Below, one piece after another: positions 12,072 to 27,571 of a stretch of 64,000 nucleotides of DNA (its first letter is position 1; each line of letters opens with the position of its first letter). Made by a program: the position numbers and the translations under genes. The notes under the pieces are model-generated. The model did not search any database. It saw only the letters and a list, made by a program, of their open reading frames with translations, and was not told where the DNA came from. Origin of the DNA: the human T2T-CHM13v2.0 reference genome, Homo sapiens; assembly GCF_009914755.1 (NCBI RefSeq), contig NC_060944.1; one strand, given 5' to 3'.

Positions 12072-12842
12072 CATGTGATTTTTTATTCTTCTTCAAGCTA
12101 TTTCCACATAAGCTGGTTTTCTAAAAATGGAAATAGTATCATTGTTATTTTTATGATATAAGAGTAATACATTTGAATGCATAATACAGATAATACAGGA
12201 CAAGATATCAAGAATAATGTAAAAATCACCAGAAGTCCCAACCCCCGATGTCATAGTTTAATTTTTTTCCCTTCTACACTATTTTCTAAGACACATTCCT
12301 TGTTTTAATATAAAAAAAGTTTTAAATTACTTACCACTGCATAAAGAGATTCTGGCTTATCTTTGTGGTAGCATCAGGTCCAGGCCCTGGGGAATTGGCC
12401 CAGCCTGATTTCCACTTTGAAAAGCTGGCACTCAGATGTGATATCTCCAGGAACCATGGACATTTCAGAAAAGGAGGGAAGAGACAGGGCAGAAGAACTT
12501 TCTGGAAATGTACTGGATGGGCACTTTTGAGAGGAGTGGGTGCTTTCCTGCCTTTGCACAAGTCACCCACAGGCAGCGGGTGGCCATTGGCGTGGACAAT
12601 GTCTTTTGCAGTGTGCTGGTGTTTCCCTGAATGACCTACCTACAAACCTAGATTAATCTTCCTTGCAGGGAGGCTTCACCCTCCCTCAGCAGAGTGCTAA
12701 ACACGCCAATTTCTAAAGAAGTGTTTTCTTTCTTTCAGGCACGAAAATTAATGAGCTCCGTCTTTGGCATGGGCTAGAAAATTCCACTGTGGCATTGGCA
12801 GGGTTTATGCAGAATCAGAACTTTAAAGCAACCCTGCGCTGA

Positions 12843-12860
12843 ATGCTGCGAGGAACAAAG
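12843..12860 (+). CDS. BANF2: BANF2 alternative first exon, coding part MLRGTK (long 97-aa isoform)
   Basis: ATG CTG CGA GGA ACA AAG followed by strong donor AAG|GTAAGG. Phase-0 splice to 44167 (GAG ATG GAC) gives MLRGTKE-MDDMSP. Confidence 0.7.
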
Positions 12861-13690
12861 GTAAGGCAGATTGGTCTGACTTCCTTGCTCACGGTGGGGA
12901 AGAGACGGCGGGGAAAGGAGGCAAGGACAAATCACCTGGCTAGGAGAGGTGTGTCCAGTCGGAGGAGGTGCTTTCCCGAATTCTGAATTCTTTTCGGAAC
13001 GTGTCTCTGCAGGCAGCACAATGCCCTCCTTATTCCCGCATCTTCACACCACGGTGGCTGACTTGGAGCCTGATGGGCAGTGGCAAGCGTTCAGATCTAT
13101 GGCCGACGGGCACGTCTTGGACGGATTCCTTCAGCCACTGGGGTGGGAACAAGCAGCATTTGCCTCACAGTCTCTCCTTGTTGCGATGAATTGGCAGATT
13201 GAACTGAATACATACAACGTGTGGCCTAATTGTCAATAAGTACTTGTTCGTTCATTCAGTAAATGATTTTTGAGCACCTACTGTGCTCCAGGGGCTGGAC
13301 ATACAGCAGTGAACAAAACCGATGCAAAGCCTCTCCACAAGGTGGTATGGGATGGGAGGTGGACAGTCAGCACAAAACCAAGACAATTTCAAGTACTCAT
13401 AAAACACAGTGATGGGACAGAGTGGGAGGAGGCTATTTTGGGATGATTAGGTAAAGCCCCAAGAGACACTGGAGCTGAAATCTGAATCACCCGAGGGAAC
13501 CAGCTGTTGAAGATGTGGGAGCAGAGGTCTTCTAGGTGCAGGGATCAGCATGTGCAAAGGCCCTGAGGCAGGAGGGTGTTCGACAATCTTAGGAACTGAG
13601 TGGAAGCTGGTGAGGAAGTAGTGCTCATGAGCAAGGAGTTAAGAGGTCAGAAACAAAGGTAAGCCCTGGATTTATTAATATATTGTGTGA

Positions 13691-14098
<408 letters not shown>

Positions 14099-14321
14099 TA
14101 ATTCAATCATCCCAACAAACTGATTATATAGATAAGAAAACTGAGGCTCAGGAAGTAACTTCCTTTAGGTCATAAAACGAGGAAGTAGTGGGACAGGGAC
14201 TTTGACCAAGGACTCTGTTTGCAAAACTCCAGAGTTTTTATAGACCACCATAAGCACTTGCCTTTAGCAGCTTGAAATTTTTAAAAAATGAACATTTTTC
14301 ATTCTGTTATTTAAAAAGTAA

Positions 14322-14618
14322 GGCTGGGTGTGATGGTGTAATCCCAGCACTTTGGGAGGCTGAGCCCAGAGGATTGCTTGAGCCCAGGGGTTTGAGACCA
14401 GCCTGGTCAACAAAGGGAAGACCCCATCTCTACAAACAATAATTAAAAAAAAATTAGCTGGGCATGGTGGCATGCCTGTAATTACTCGGGAGGCTGAGGC
14501 AGGAGGATTGCTTGAGCCTGGGAGGTCAAGGCTGTAGTAAGCCATGTTCACAAACCTGCACTCCAGCCTGGGGTACAGAGCAAGACCTTGTCTCAAAAAA
14601 AAAAAAAAAAAAAAAAAA
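14322..14618 (+). mobile_element. AluJ
   Basis: Full dimer with poly-A tail. Confidence 0.95.
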
Positions 14619-14819
14619 GTAGAGTCGCTTAGGTAAAATTTTGGTAAATTTAAGAAGATACAAAAATTACCTATAATCTCATCTGTGAAACATAACAACT
14701 AGCACATTTTAGTGTATTCTTTCCAGTTTCTTCCCCTAGAAAAACCTAGGGTGTGTGTGTGTGTGTGTGTATTACACATTACATATGCACACACCACACA
14801 TACATATATGTGTATATAG

Positions 14820-15720
<901 letters not shown>

Positions 15721-16096
15721 CCAGGTAAGTGTTTTTATAGTTGTAATTCTTTGTCTGGAGGCAGAACTAAAGACTGTTTGAGGCCATTTTTTGAGTCCTG
15801 GGTAATGCTGAAAATATTGATATTGTTATTGATGCAATGCTCTGGTACAGTAGGCTTCATTCTTCCTCTAGCCAAGTTGAAATGTGGAGGAAAATAACTC
15901 TGGGTGCCATGTTGCTAAAGAAATGATTTGTGTGAATGATCAGCCAAGCCGCGATTGGATCTTTTCAGTGGCAGTTCCAGAATTTCAGTACATGCCGTGT
16001 CTGATTGGAAGAATGGGAACTGGACTTGAAGAGTACTTTCTCGACATGGTGTTTTCATTTGGATTGTAGTGTGTTAGCAGGATCTCTAAGAGATCT

Positions 16097-16133
16097 GATG
16101 GTGATGATGATGATGGTGATGATGATGATAATG
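16097..16133. repeat. (GAT)n trinucleotide repeat, imperfect
   Basis: Direct reading. Confidence 0.85.
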
Positions 16134-16890
16134 GGGAGGAGAATGTGGAAGGAGTTAGGGTGGAAACTAAGGCCCCCTGCAAAAGCTATGGCAGAGTTGG
16201 ATTAATCCTACCACAGTGCAGGTGTGAGGCTGGGTGTAGCATGGTATTGAGCAGAACACCTAGGAAAGCATATTAATCCTAACAGGCCAGCAGATATCCC
16301 TAGCGAGCCTTCTCTAAACACCTGAAACTCCCCCAAAAGCATGAACAAGAGCCATATTTTATATGGTGCTAGCTCCACCTCCATATTCTTATTCCAGGAG
16401 GAATTGTCCAGGGAGATGGAAAGCAGGTGGAATTTGTGTAGCAAATCAGTCCCCTGGGGGTAGCACATTCAGGCCTCCCTGTGCAGAGGAAAAGGCCTTT
16501 GGGCCAGGTTGCCAGGCCTCCCCCTGAGCATATCAGCTCATGTGTTTCCTCAAGACATTCCTAATGATACTCCAAAGGCCAACCAGCAGAACACCTCCAT
16601 CTGCCCTGAGACCTGACACTCACCGGTTCCCAGACATTCTGAATTATACCAAGCCAATTTATATAGTTTCTCCATCTAAATGTGAACTTACAAAGAACAG
16701 ACATCATTTCTTATTTACAAAGTCTTAGTTTGGGTTCCCCCTGAAGCAGACCCTGAAACAAGGATTTGAGTGGAAGCAGTTTATTTGCAGTTTGATCCCA
16801 GGAAACATAGGTAGGGGAGCGGGGAAGTGAGGCAGGGGATGGGGGCAACAATGTGGGGTATGTTAGCAAGCCAGTTGCCACTGTGGGCAC

Positions 16891-17615
<725 letters not shown>

Positions 17616-18099
17616 GGCACCTACGGGTGGGTCCTGTGGGTCCTCTGGGACATGGAACAGGACATGACTCCAGGTTATTCCACCTGAGCAGGGAGGGAGC
17701 TGGGTTATTTATCTACCAACTGATAATAGTCATTGAATGAGGACATTCTGCAACTTGCAGCTGCCCGCTTGTAGGCAGGGTGGACTCCAGCAGCTGGCAA
17801 AAGCCCCCAAGCAAAGATACGCAGGTACTGGCAGCTGGGAGTCAGATTACCTTTGTACAATGAAGTTGTAAGGCCAAGAGGCTATGGGCAGGGCACTGAC
17901 AATGTCAGTTGTGCTTCCCCAAAACGTGGCTCAGTTCTGGCAATGAATAGATCCTCAGTAAAGCGTGCTGGTTGAACCCAGAGAGCTCAGCCAGCTTTGG
18001 CCCCAAAGCTACAGCTCCTGTTTATTCTCCAGCAACCCCTGAATACTGCCATCAGCTGGCAATACTATTTCAGGATCAAACCTAAGATACCAGCACCCT

Positions 18100-18290
18100 T
18101 ACATGTTCTTAAAGTGTGTAGTCTCAGAGCAAGCAGCCTCAACGTCATGTGGGAACGTGTAAGAAATGTGAATTATTGGGTTCTCCCCCAGACCTAATGA
18201 GTCAGAAACTTTGAGAGTGGGGCCCAGGAATCTGTATTTTAACGAGTCTTCCAGGTCATTCTAATGCAACCTACAGTTTAAGACCCACTG
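18100..18290. mobile_element. MER5A
   Basis: cccagacctaatgagtcagaaact..gggcccaggaatctgtattttaac..tttaagacccactg. Confidence 0.8.
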
Positions 18291-19099
18291 TTTTGGACTC
18301 TAAAATTTAGGGCCACCCAACAGTTTCCAAAGCGAAGCCGTTTGCTCTTGGTTAGAACTCCTCCATCCCCAATCCCAAGCACCAGCAGCAAAAGGGAATG
18401 GAATCTCTGGAAACATTTTATACTTTGCCCCCTTTTTTGAGTTTTTCTTTTCTTTTTAGGCTTAGTAAATATACATTGTACCAAGTTATCAATTACCAAC
18501 AATGGAAAGTAGCCCAGGCATATATGCTATAGAGGATAACCTAAAAGACACCTGTGTTGAATTTAACTTGAAGGTGGGAGGATTTATATTTCTGCTTGTT
18601 TTCCTGAGCTAATATTTAAGTTACTTCTCTTTCCTTGAGTCCCTACCAGGTGGGCAGTAGGGGGAAAGTCACGGGTATACTGGTAGAAGAAAAAGCTGCC
18701 CTGGAATTTCAAGTCCATCACAGAAGATGTGCAAGGAGCTGGGGGTACCCACGGAAGTCACTTTGTGCAGGAAAACTGCATGAAGGATGGACTTGGTTTA
18801 ACTGAATTGACGCAGGCCAGGTGAGAATAGGAACCGTGGCAGCAAGTGGCAGCAGGTGGATTCATAAGCAGTCTTCCAGGCTGATGTTTTCTGTACAGCA
18901 GACATCCCTCACTCTTTCCCAGCAACCCCAGCTGAGAACAGCACCCAGACAGGCTGATTTCTTCTGGAGAGGCCTGAGGCTCTTGCTCCTGCCCTGCCCT
19001 GTGCCCTGATGCCAGCAGCCACTGCAGCCCTTTTTGTGCTCACCCCTGACCTGTGGTGTGACATCACAATGTAGTCCATTCAGGATCTTGAGACTGATT

Positions 19100-19203
19100 T
19101 GCCCCATGGGCCTAAGACATAAGCTGAACCTCTGGCCTGCAGTTCCAGATCCAAGGTGACTGAGACAAACTGCCGGCTGCCACTGGCTTATCAGGAGCAC
19201 CTG
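19100..19203 (+). other. BANF2: Probable BANF2 non-coding first exon (start uncertain)
   Basis: Consensus donor CTG|GTGAGT at 19204-19209 in unique sequence, with a CRE-like site at 19059-19066 upstream. Consistent with my recollection of the gene model. Confidence 0.55.
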
Positions 19204-21949
19204 GTGAGTATTCAGAACTTTCCCAAGCAGCATGGAAGGAGATACAGCCAACAGCTGGCTGTCTTAGCACTTTAAGGTCTCATTCTCACACAGGTTTAGA
19301 TGGGCCAAACCGGTGGACAGGAGTTCACCAGGTAAGCCCCAAACTCTTCCTAGGAAAGCTGACTCACCTGATGCACACACCCCTTCCCAGCCTCTTCCTG
19401 CTGTGTCACCATCTGCGGGAGGTGGTACTCTAGTCTCCCCTAAGACTCGGCTTGCCACCTGCACCAGCTCCCTGGGCAAAGGTCACCTGTGTTCTTAATA
19501 GAGCAGAGAGGCCAGGCTTTCAGATGGCAAATTCACTAGAGCATCACTTCTAGCCCTAATTGAGGTCAGGGACAGCCATTGGCCAAATGACACACCACAT
19601 AGCAGGATGAGCAGAGGTAGCTGACACAGCCACCTCCCGTCCAAAATGTGAACGACGGTCCTTCCTTTCTGTAAGAGGCCTTCCTGCTTTGGCTGTTTTT
19701 AAATCCACCTCCTGGTGACCTGCTGGTATATCAAATCACTTCCTTTCCTTTTGGGACAGTAAGAGAGCTTTAGGATCGTGACGGGAAATAAGGAGATGGA
19801 TTAGAACACCAGGAAAGTGGGCAAAATCTAAGGTAGCGGGGACAGGGACAGAGGCCAAAGCCATCTCTCAAAGAGGATGCTGGCTCTTTCCATATGGGCC
19901 ACCTGCACTCGGCTGAGGGTGGTTTGAGACTCAAGGCCTTCTATAACAAACAGTAGGGACCCGTTCTGGGCCCCAGGAGGCACAGCCGCCTTCCCTACCA
20001 TGGCCCATTCGTGTTTTCCCACAGTCTGTCTACGGTCCATTCACCATCTGTGAGTGCCAACACGTCCACACAGCTGCAGCTGCGTCCCTTCTCCCACAAA
20101 GGAGTGGCTTCTATAGGGACCCCATGATTTTAAGAAGGCTCCTGGCTCTCCTTGACTGTGTAAGGTAGAAAGGGAGGTGGTGGGGGGTGGATCAGAGAAA
20201 TATTTTACCCTTAGGCTTTGCCATCCCTCCTTAGTTTTATATGTGATGGGCTGAAGCCAACCTCTGCTTCACACACAAATCCAAGACGCCAATGGTTCAC
20301 CAAGCATGCTAAGAACATTTTAGCCTATGTTAGGCCCCACTGGAAAAGGAAAAAAGACAGTAGAGGGGCCGGCGCTAGAGCAACCTGTGGTCCCCGTCCT
20401 GCAGCAGGTTTAATTTGGAGAGGAGAAAGGGAGCAAACGCTGAACCTCCCGTGCCAGACCCACCAGCTATGTTATTGCTCTTAATTCCGACCTCTGTGAA
20501 GCAGGTGTTCTCAGGTTCATTCTACAGACATAGAAACTGAAGACTGTTCTGTGCTGGTGCCACGTCTAAAGAGGGTCATTAACCTGGAGCATGCCTTCAC
20601 TCTCTATCGACTATCCCCAACATTAGAGCTCTCTGAAAAGAGAATGGGCTGCTTTGCAAGGCAGCAAGAGTGTGCAGGCCACGGCTCTTCCATCAGCATG
20701 GAAGGGAACGGGATTCTTGTGATCAGCTGGGAGCTGGACCAAAAGACCTTTAAAGGCTGTTTCCAAATCCAAGATTGTAGGTTTCTGGGTGTTAGTACTT
20801 TGCCCACCCTCTGCGATTGAACTCAGGTGGGTCACGCCTTAAGGACGGCTGCAAACTTTCTGTTAGGCAAGGAGAACTGGGAAGAACCATAGAGATCAGC
20901 TACGGGCCCCAGGTAGGAAAGAGGAACCCAGGCTGGTTGAGGGAGTTTTCCAAGGCTCCAGAGCCAATTTGCAGAGTTAACCTGTGTTGACTGAACAAAT
21001 GGAGGAGCCAGTTCTGAGTGCTGATCAAACGTTCCCATGCCCATCTCTCTCATTCACCTGGTTCTTTCCTATCAAGATTATGATTCAGCCACCATTTACA
21101 AAATGCCTGCTGCATGCCAAGTGTGTTTCCAGAGATTATTCCACCTACTCCTCCCCAGCTCCATGAGGTGGGTGTCATCAGCCCCGTTTCTCAGATGAGC
21201 ATGGTTAGGTAACCACCCCAGAGGATCAGGTACTTGTGGAGATGTCATAAATACTAAATGACGAAGCAGGTCTTTCTAACCCCAAGGAAAACTTATGTCT
21301 CCATCTGCCGCCTCCCAGCTTGTGTGAGGAAGCAGGGTCTCCTTTCTTAGCCTTTCCCTAAGGCAAACTGCCATCGATGTGCCAAGTTCCACAGTGCCTA
21401 TTTCCAGCTCCTCTTGGACGTTGCCCTGATGGATGCTGAACTCCCTGTGGGCCCGCCTGTTTCACTGGCCCGGCCCCTCACTCTGATGGGGCAAGATGGA
21501 GCGATGTCTATACACGGACAGATGTTATGCACCAAGGAAGAAAATCTGCTAATCGAAAGCAGCTTCAGCTAATTGTGGCACTCTCCCTTCTGCGTGGTGC
21601 CCTGAAATAGTAGCCATGCTCTGTTCTTTTTTCACATCAGGGAGCCCCAACTGGCAACTTAAATGAGGTTGCAAAGAAGTCAGTTACACAGACCTCTGCT
21701 GCCAGTTTCCATGGATGAGGCCTTGCTGATGCTCCTTGGATAGGACCCGTGTGCAACTGTTTGTGGACTTGGCTTCTTGCTGTGGATAATTTGGACCCAC
21801 TGTTGGGCTGGAAAAGCCTCATTTAACCCTGGGGAAAACTGGAACCTTCAGAAATTTAATGGAATACTAAGCCCAAGAACACATGGTCTGACCTTGAACC
21901 CTGGTTCTGATCTGCTTCTGAGTTATTCTATAGCCATCTCAGCCAACAG

Positions 21950-22125
21950 AACCGTCACGGGAATATTCTGTCTCTGTGTTGTCTCATATGATAGCCACTA
22001 GGCACACAGGGCCACTGGGCACTTGGGATGTGGCCAGTGGGACTGAGGAGCTGCGCTTGTTGTTTAAATGGAAGCTTAGATTACATAGCCATCGGTGGCT
22101 GGTGGCGGTGTGCTAGACGCTGCTG
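21950..22125. mobile_element. MER3-like hAT element
   Basis: tagccactag..gcacttg..atgtggccagtg..actgaggagctg. Confidence 0.6.
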
Positions 22126-22739
22126 CTCTGGGCCCTGCTGACTTTTGTGACTTCATCTCTGATCTCATTCCCCTCTCCTGGCTTTCCCTTTCCCTCTGCC
22201 TTCACTCCCAGACCTCCTGTGCTTTTTGATTTTTGCATTTGCTGTTCTCTCTGCCGGCATCACTTTTTCCTCTGATCATTTTATGGTTTGCCCCTGTTCA
22301 ACAGGAGGGCCTCAGATCAAGTGTGTGTCTTCAGAAAGATCTTCCCTATTCTACCTAATTGTGTCCCCAGCCCCATTCCAATTGCTCCTTATCTCTCTGA
22401 AGTTACGTTTGTGTGTTTTCTTGTCTACTGCCCTATCCCTGGATAAAAATCCCAGTTTCACCAGAGCAGGGATGCGGTCTGCCCTCTCCCACTCCATCTC
22501 TGTGCCTGGAACAGCGCCTGAGAGGCAGAAAGTGCTCAGTATGGTGCTTACAGTGTGTGAACATTCTGCAGGACAGCCCCCTCCTTCAGTGAGGAGGAAA
22601 GGCGGTCATGGCCCCAGTAACTTCTGCTGTGTGACAAAATAACATGAGCACAGCGGCCTAGAACAGCAAAGATTCGTATTTCTTCCAATTCTCTGGGTCT
22701 GGAATGTGAGCAGGACTCAGTTCCACATTGTGTCACTGA

Positions 22740-23190
<451 letters not shown>

Positions 23191-23397
23191 GGCTTCTGAG
23201 AGAGGAAGCAGAGGCTGCCAGGCCCAGAACTGGCAGCACCATTTTTATCACCTTCTACCGGGCTAACTAAGCCATAGGGCGAGAGCCCAGATAAAAGGGG
23301 AGGGGAAACTGTCCACTTCCTGGTGGGTGGGCAGGATGTTCATACCAGCAGGAAGGGGTCTATGGACACGCTACACAGTCACTTCAACAGTGCTGTG

Positions 23398-23556
23398 GTA
23401 GTGCTTCTCAACTTTGATCATGCACATGGGCCATCTGGGGTCTAGTTAAGATGCAGATTTAGTAGGTCTGGAGTGGAGCCTGAGATTCTGCATTCCTAAC
23501 AAACTCCAAGAGACGTCAAAGCTGCAGGCCCACAGGCTGCACGTGGAGTAGCAAGG
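23398..23556. mobile_element. MER5A
   Basis: agtgcttctcaactt..gtaggtctggagtggagcctgagattctgcattcctaac. Confidence 0.75.
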
Positions 23557-24186
23557 CTGTATTAGAATGCATCCTATCAGGACTGAGCCTATGCTTAGGT
23601 TTGACATTGCAGGGCCCTCAATTCCACTTCTAGAGTGGACAGCACTTCTTTGGGTTAAGCATTACCCACTGTTGCTGAGGTCTACATGATCGGTCCCTTC
23701 TTCCCAGGCATCTGGGCTTGTGCCCACATAGGGTAACTGTCCCATCCTACCTCCCAAGCACTTCTCATGCATTGCTTTATCAGCCTTTAAGGCCTCTTCC
23801 TTCTTTAACATTTAATTATCATTGTGTCCCTTGTAAAATTGGTGGAATGGGTCTCTTTCAGTTAGGATTAGAAACTAAACTCAAACTAGTTAAAAGGCAA
23901 AGGATTGATTGGAGCACATATGGCTTCAGGACTGGCTGTATCTAGGCCCTCAAATGATGTTGTCAAGAAACTACTTGTCACCATCTCCAGTTCTGCATTG
24001 CCAGGATCGCTCTGACAGGATCCCCCACAAGTGGAAGGAGAGACGAACACTCACTTAGCAACCCCAGCAAGAAGGGGGCACCACTTCTTGCCTAATCTTT
24101 CTGGCAAAAGTGCCAGGATTCTGTCTGGCTGGCCCAGCTGAGGTCGCGTGTCCACAATGATGCAGTCACTGTGGCCAGGAGGATGT

Positions 24187-24321
24187 GTTACCTCATTGGC
24201 CAGGCCTGGTCATGTGTGTTGTTACCTCACTGGCCAGGCCTGGTCATGTGTGTTGTTACCTCACTGGCCAGGCCTGGTCATGTGTGTTGTTACCTCATTG
24301 GCGAGGCCTGGTCATGTGTGT
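24187..24321. repeat. 34-bp minisatellite, 4 copies
   Basis: Unit GTTACCTCAYTGGCCAGGCCTGGTCATGTGTGTT starting at 24187, 24221, 24255 and 24289. Confidence 0.95.
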
Positions 24322-25584
24322 CCCTGGAGCCAAGTGGGAGACTGGCCCCACCCAAGCCACATTGGATGAAAGCAGGAAGAGGTGATTCTCCATGTAAAAT
24401 TGGAGAGAAGGGAGAGCAGTTAGAAAGCTAAAAAATTGTCCCAATTGATCATGAGAACAGGTGTTGAAGTCCTTGTGTGATGGCTGAGAAAACAGAGGGC
24501 GGGAGCCTCATAAATTCCAGAGGGCCCACAGCTAACCAGGCCTCCCAATCCCTAGCACAGACTCAGGGGCTGTCGAATTAAAGATCTTTAGCACCAGAAG
24601 AATCTTGAAAATTAGCCAACGCATGTTCCACAGAACACTGGTTCAAGGGAAGCTAACTGATGTTACTTAAAAGGCTGTCTGGTCTAGGAAAGGTAAAAGA
24701 TAATGGGCTAGGCCAGGTCAGTAGTTCCCTAGCTTTACAGGACTTTTCAAAGCCGTAAATAGGCTGGTGTACATTGTGAATCCCTGAGAATGGGGGGAGG
24801 CCTAGGGACTATTGTTTGGAAAATTAGTAACCTAACTCTATTCCTCCCCATTTTATAGATGAAGCAACTAAGGCCAAGAAGGGAAAGTGATTTGGGCAAG
24901 GTTATGCAACTAGTTCATGCTGGGATTACCCCAGATGCTATGTTGAGGCATACTTCATGCTGTGCAGAAGCATCTCTTTGTACCTCAGGGCAGCCCTGTC
25001 CTCCTGGTTGTGTTCCTGCTGTCTGGAGTCTGTGTGTTTTCCTTTCTCCCACATATCCCTGCATAAGGGTTTGTGGGCTTCTATGGCACTGCTCCTGTGA
25101 GGGCCCATGGGCACCCAAAGTGCCCAACCCCTGCCTGGGACATGCCCCTCACTGCTGCATGCCTGAGGGAACTATTGAGAGGTGCAGAAAACCACATGGG
25201 TCTGTACTTAGGAAAACGCAGCCACCCAACTGGCAAGGTGACGGCATAGATGAGGTTGAAGGGGCTTGAAGTTTGGCCAAATCCGGAGAGTCAGCACAGA
25301 CAGACACCAAGTGTGCCAGGCTGAAGGGTGAAGGTTCCTAGAGCCAAGTACACACTTTAAATCCAGGGAGAGATTGTGGGTCAGGGCTGGGGTGTGCTGA
25401 CGTGAGGGTGATTGTTATAGCAACATTACCTTTGAGACCCTCATTCACCTGGGCACTTCATATGAGCTCATTCTAAGCCACTCAGTGACCCGGCTTGGGG
25501 ATTATCATGACCCATATAGATCAAGAAGAAAAAAGTAGCTGTTGGTTAGTTGGCTGAACTCACAGGTATGAGCTTAACACGAAG

Positions 25585-25790
25585 GATTCAAGCTCTGGCT
25601 CTTCTCTTCGCCAAGTATATGATCTTGGGCATGTTACTAAACTGTCTAAGCCCCCATTTCCTCATCTGGCAAATGGGGCTCAGATATGTTCCTACATCAT
25701 AGCTTTGTCGTGAGGATTAAATAAGATGTCTGTGAATTAGCAAGACACCTAGCCCATCCGTAGTAGGGGATCCTTAAGTGATGGCAGGAA
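25585..25790 (+). mobile_element. MIR
   Basis: gatcttgggcatgttact..tttcctcatctggcaaatgggg..gtgaggattaaataag. Confidence 0.75.
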
Positions 25791-26249
25791 TGGAGAGGTA
25801 GGAACAGATCCACCAAGTAAAGGGTAAAGCCAAGATCAAACACAAATCCAGCCAGGTGTGGCTCCTTCTGCCTTTTCACTGCCACTAAGAGAGGGGTAGC
25901 ATTCAATGAGCAGATGGCAGTGGCTCAGAGTGCAGATCAGTGCAAAGGTCTTTCTCGTCTTCTCTGCAAAGAAGGAGGGATGGCATATGTGTATCTTTGG
26001 TCATTTCCAGGTGACTCTATCCAAAGTCCATGCAGGCAAGTAGACGCTGTGAGCAGGATGGAATATACAGATCCAAACCTCTAGAGCAGAGCTAGGGCCA
26101 GGCATGACTTGATCAACATCTAAATGCCACCAACACCCAAGGGCCACACAGAGGGAAGAGACCGGGGACCACATCTTGGCACTTTCAGATGGGTTTGCAA
26201 GCACTGGAAATCAAAGCTTCACCAGGGATGCTTTAAAGATGAAAATCCC

Positions 26250-26538
26250 AGCCGGGCGCAGTGGCTCACGCCTGTAATCCCAGCACTTTGGGAGGCCAAG
26301 GCAGGCAGATCACGAGGTCAGGAGATTGAGACCATCCTGGCTAACACAGTGAAACCCCATCTCTACTAAAAAAAAAAAATACAAAAAATTAACCGGGCAT
26401 GGTGGCAGGCGCAGTCCCAGCTACTGAGGCTGAGGCAGGAGAATGGCGTGAACCCAGGAGGTGGAGCTTGCAGTGAACCGAGATCGCACCACTGCACTCT
26501 GGCCTGGGGGACAGAGCGAGACTCTGTGTCAAAAAAAA
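26250..26538 (+). mobile_element. AluY
   Basis: Y diagnostics accatcctggctaacac, gaatggcgtgaacc and ggagcttgcagtg. TSD gaaaatccca. Confidence 0.9.
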
Positions 26539-26735
26539 GAAAATCCCAGTAAGGATTTAAGGGAAGATGCTGGGAGTAGCATGTGGTCCCCGAGTAGGAA
26601 GATGGAAGTACAGCAGAGGCAAGAATGGCAGTCACTGTTTGTAGATATTTTTCACAGGGAAGGTCAGAACATGTCCCAGGGAAACCATGTCCAAGGTTCA
26701 AGATGAGAATGACCTGATCCTATATATATATATAC

Positions 26736-27571
<836 letters not shown>

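Noticed and set aside
24187-24321. CRISPR-like array of 34-bp palindromic repeats
   Set aside because: Units are directly adjacent with no unique spacers, there are no cas genes, and the context is eukaryotic. It is a VNTR.
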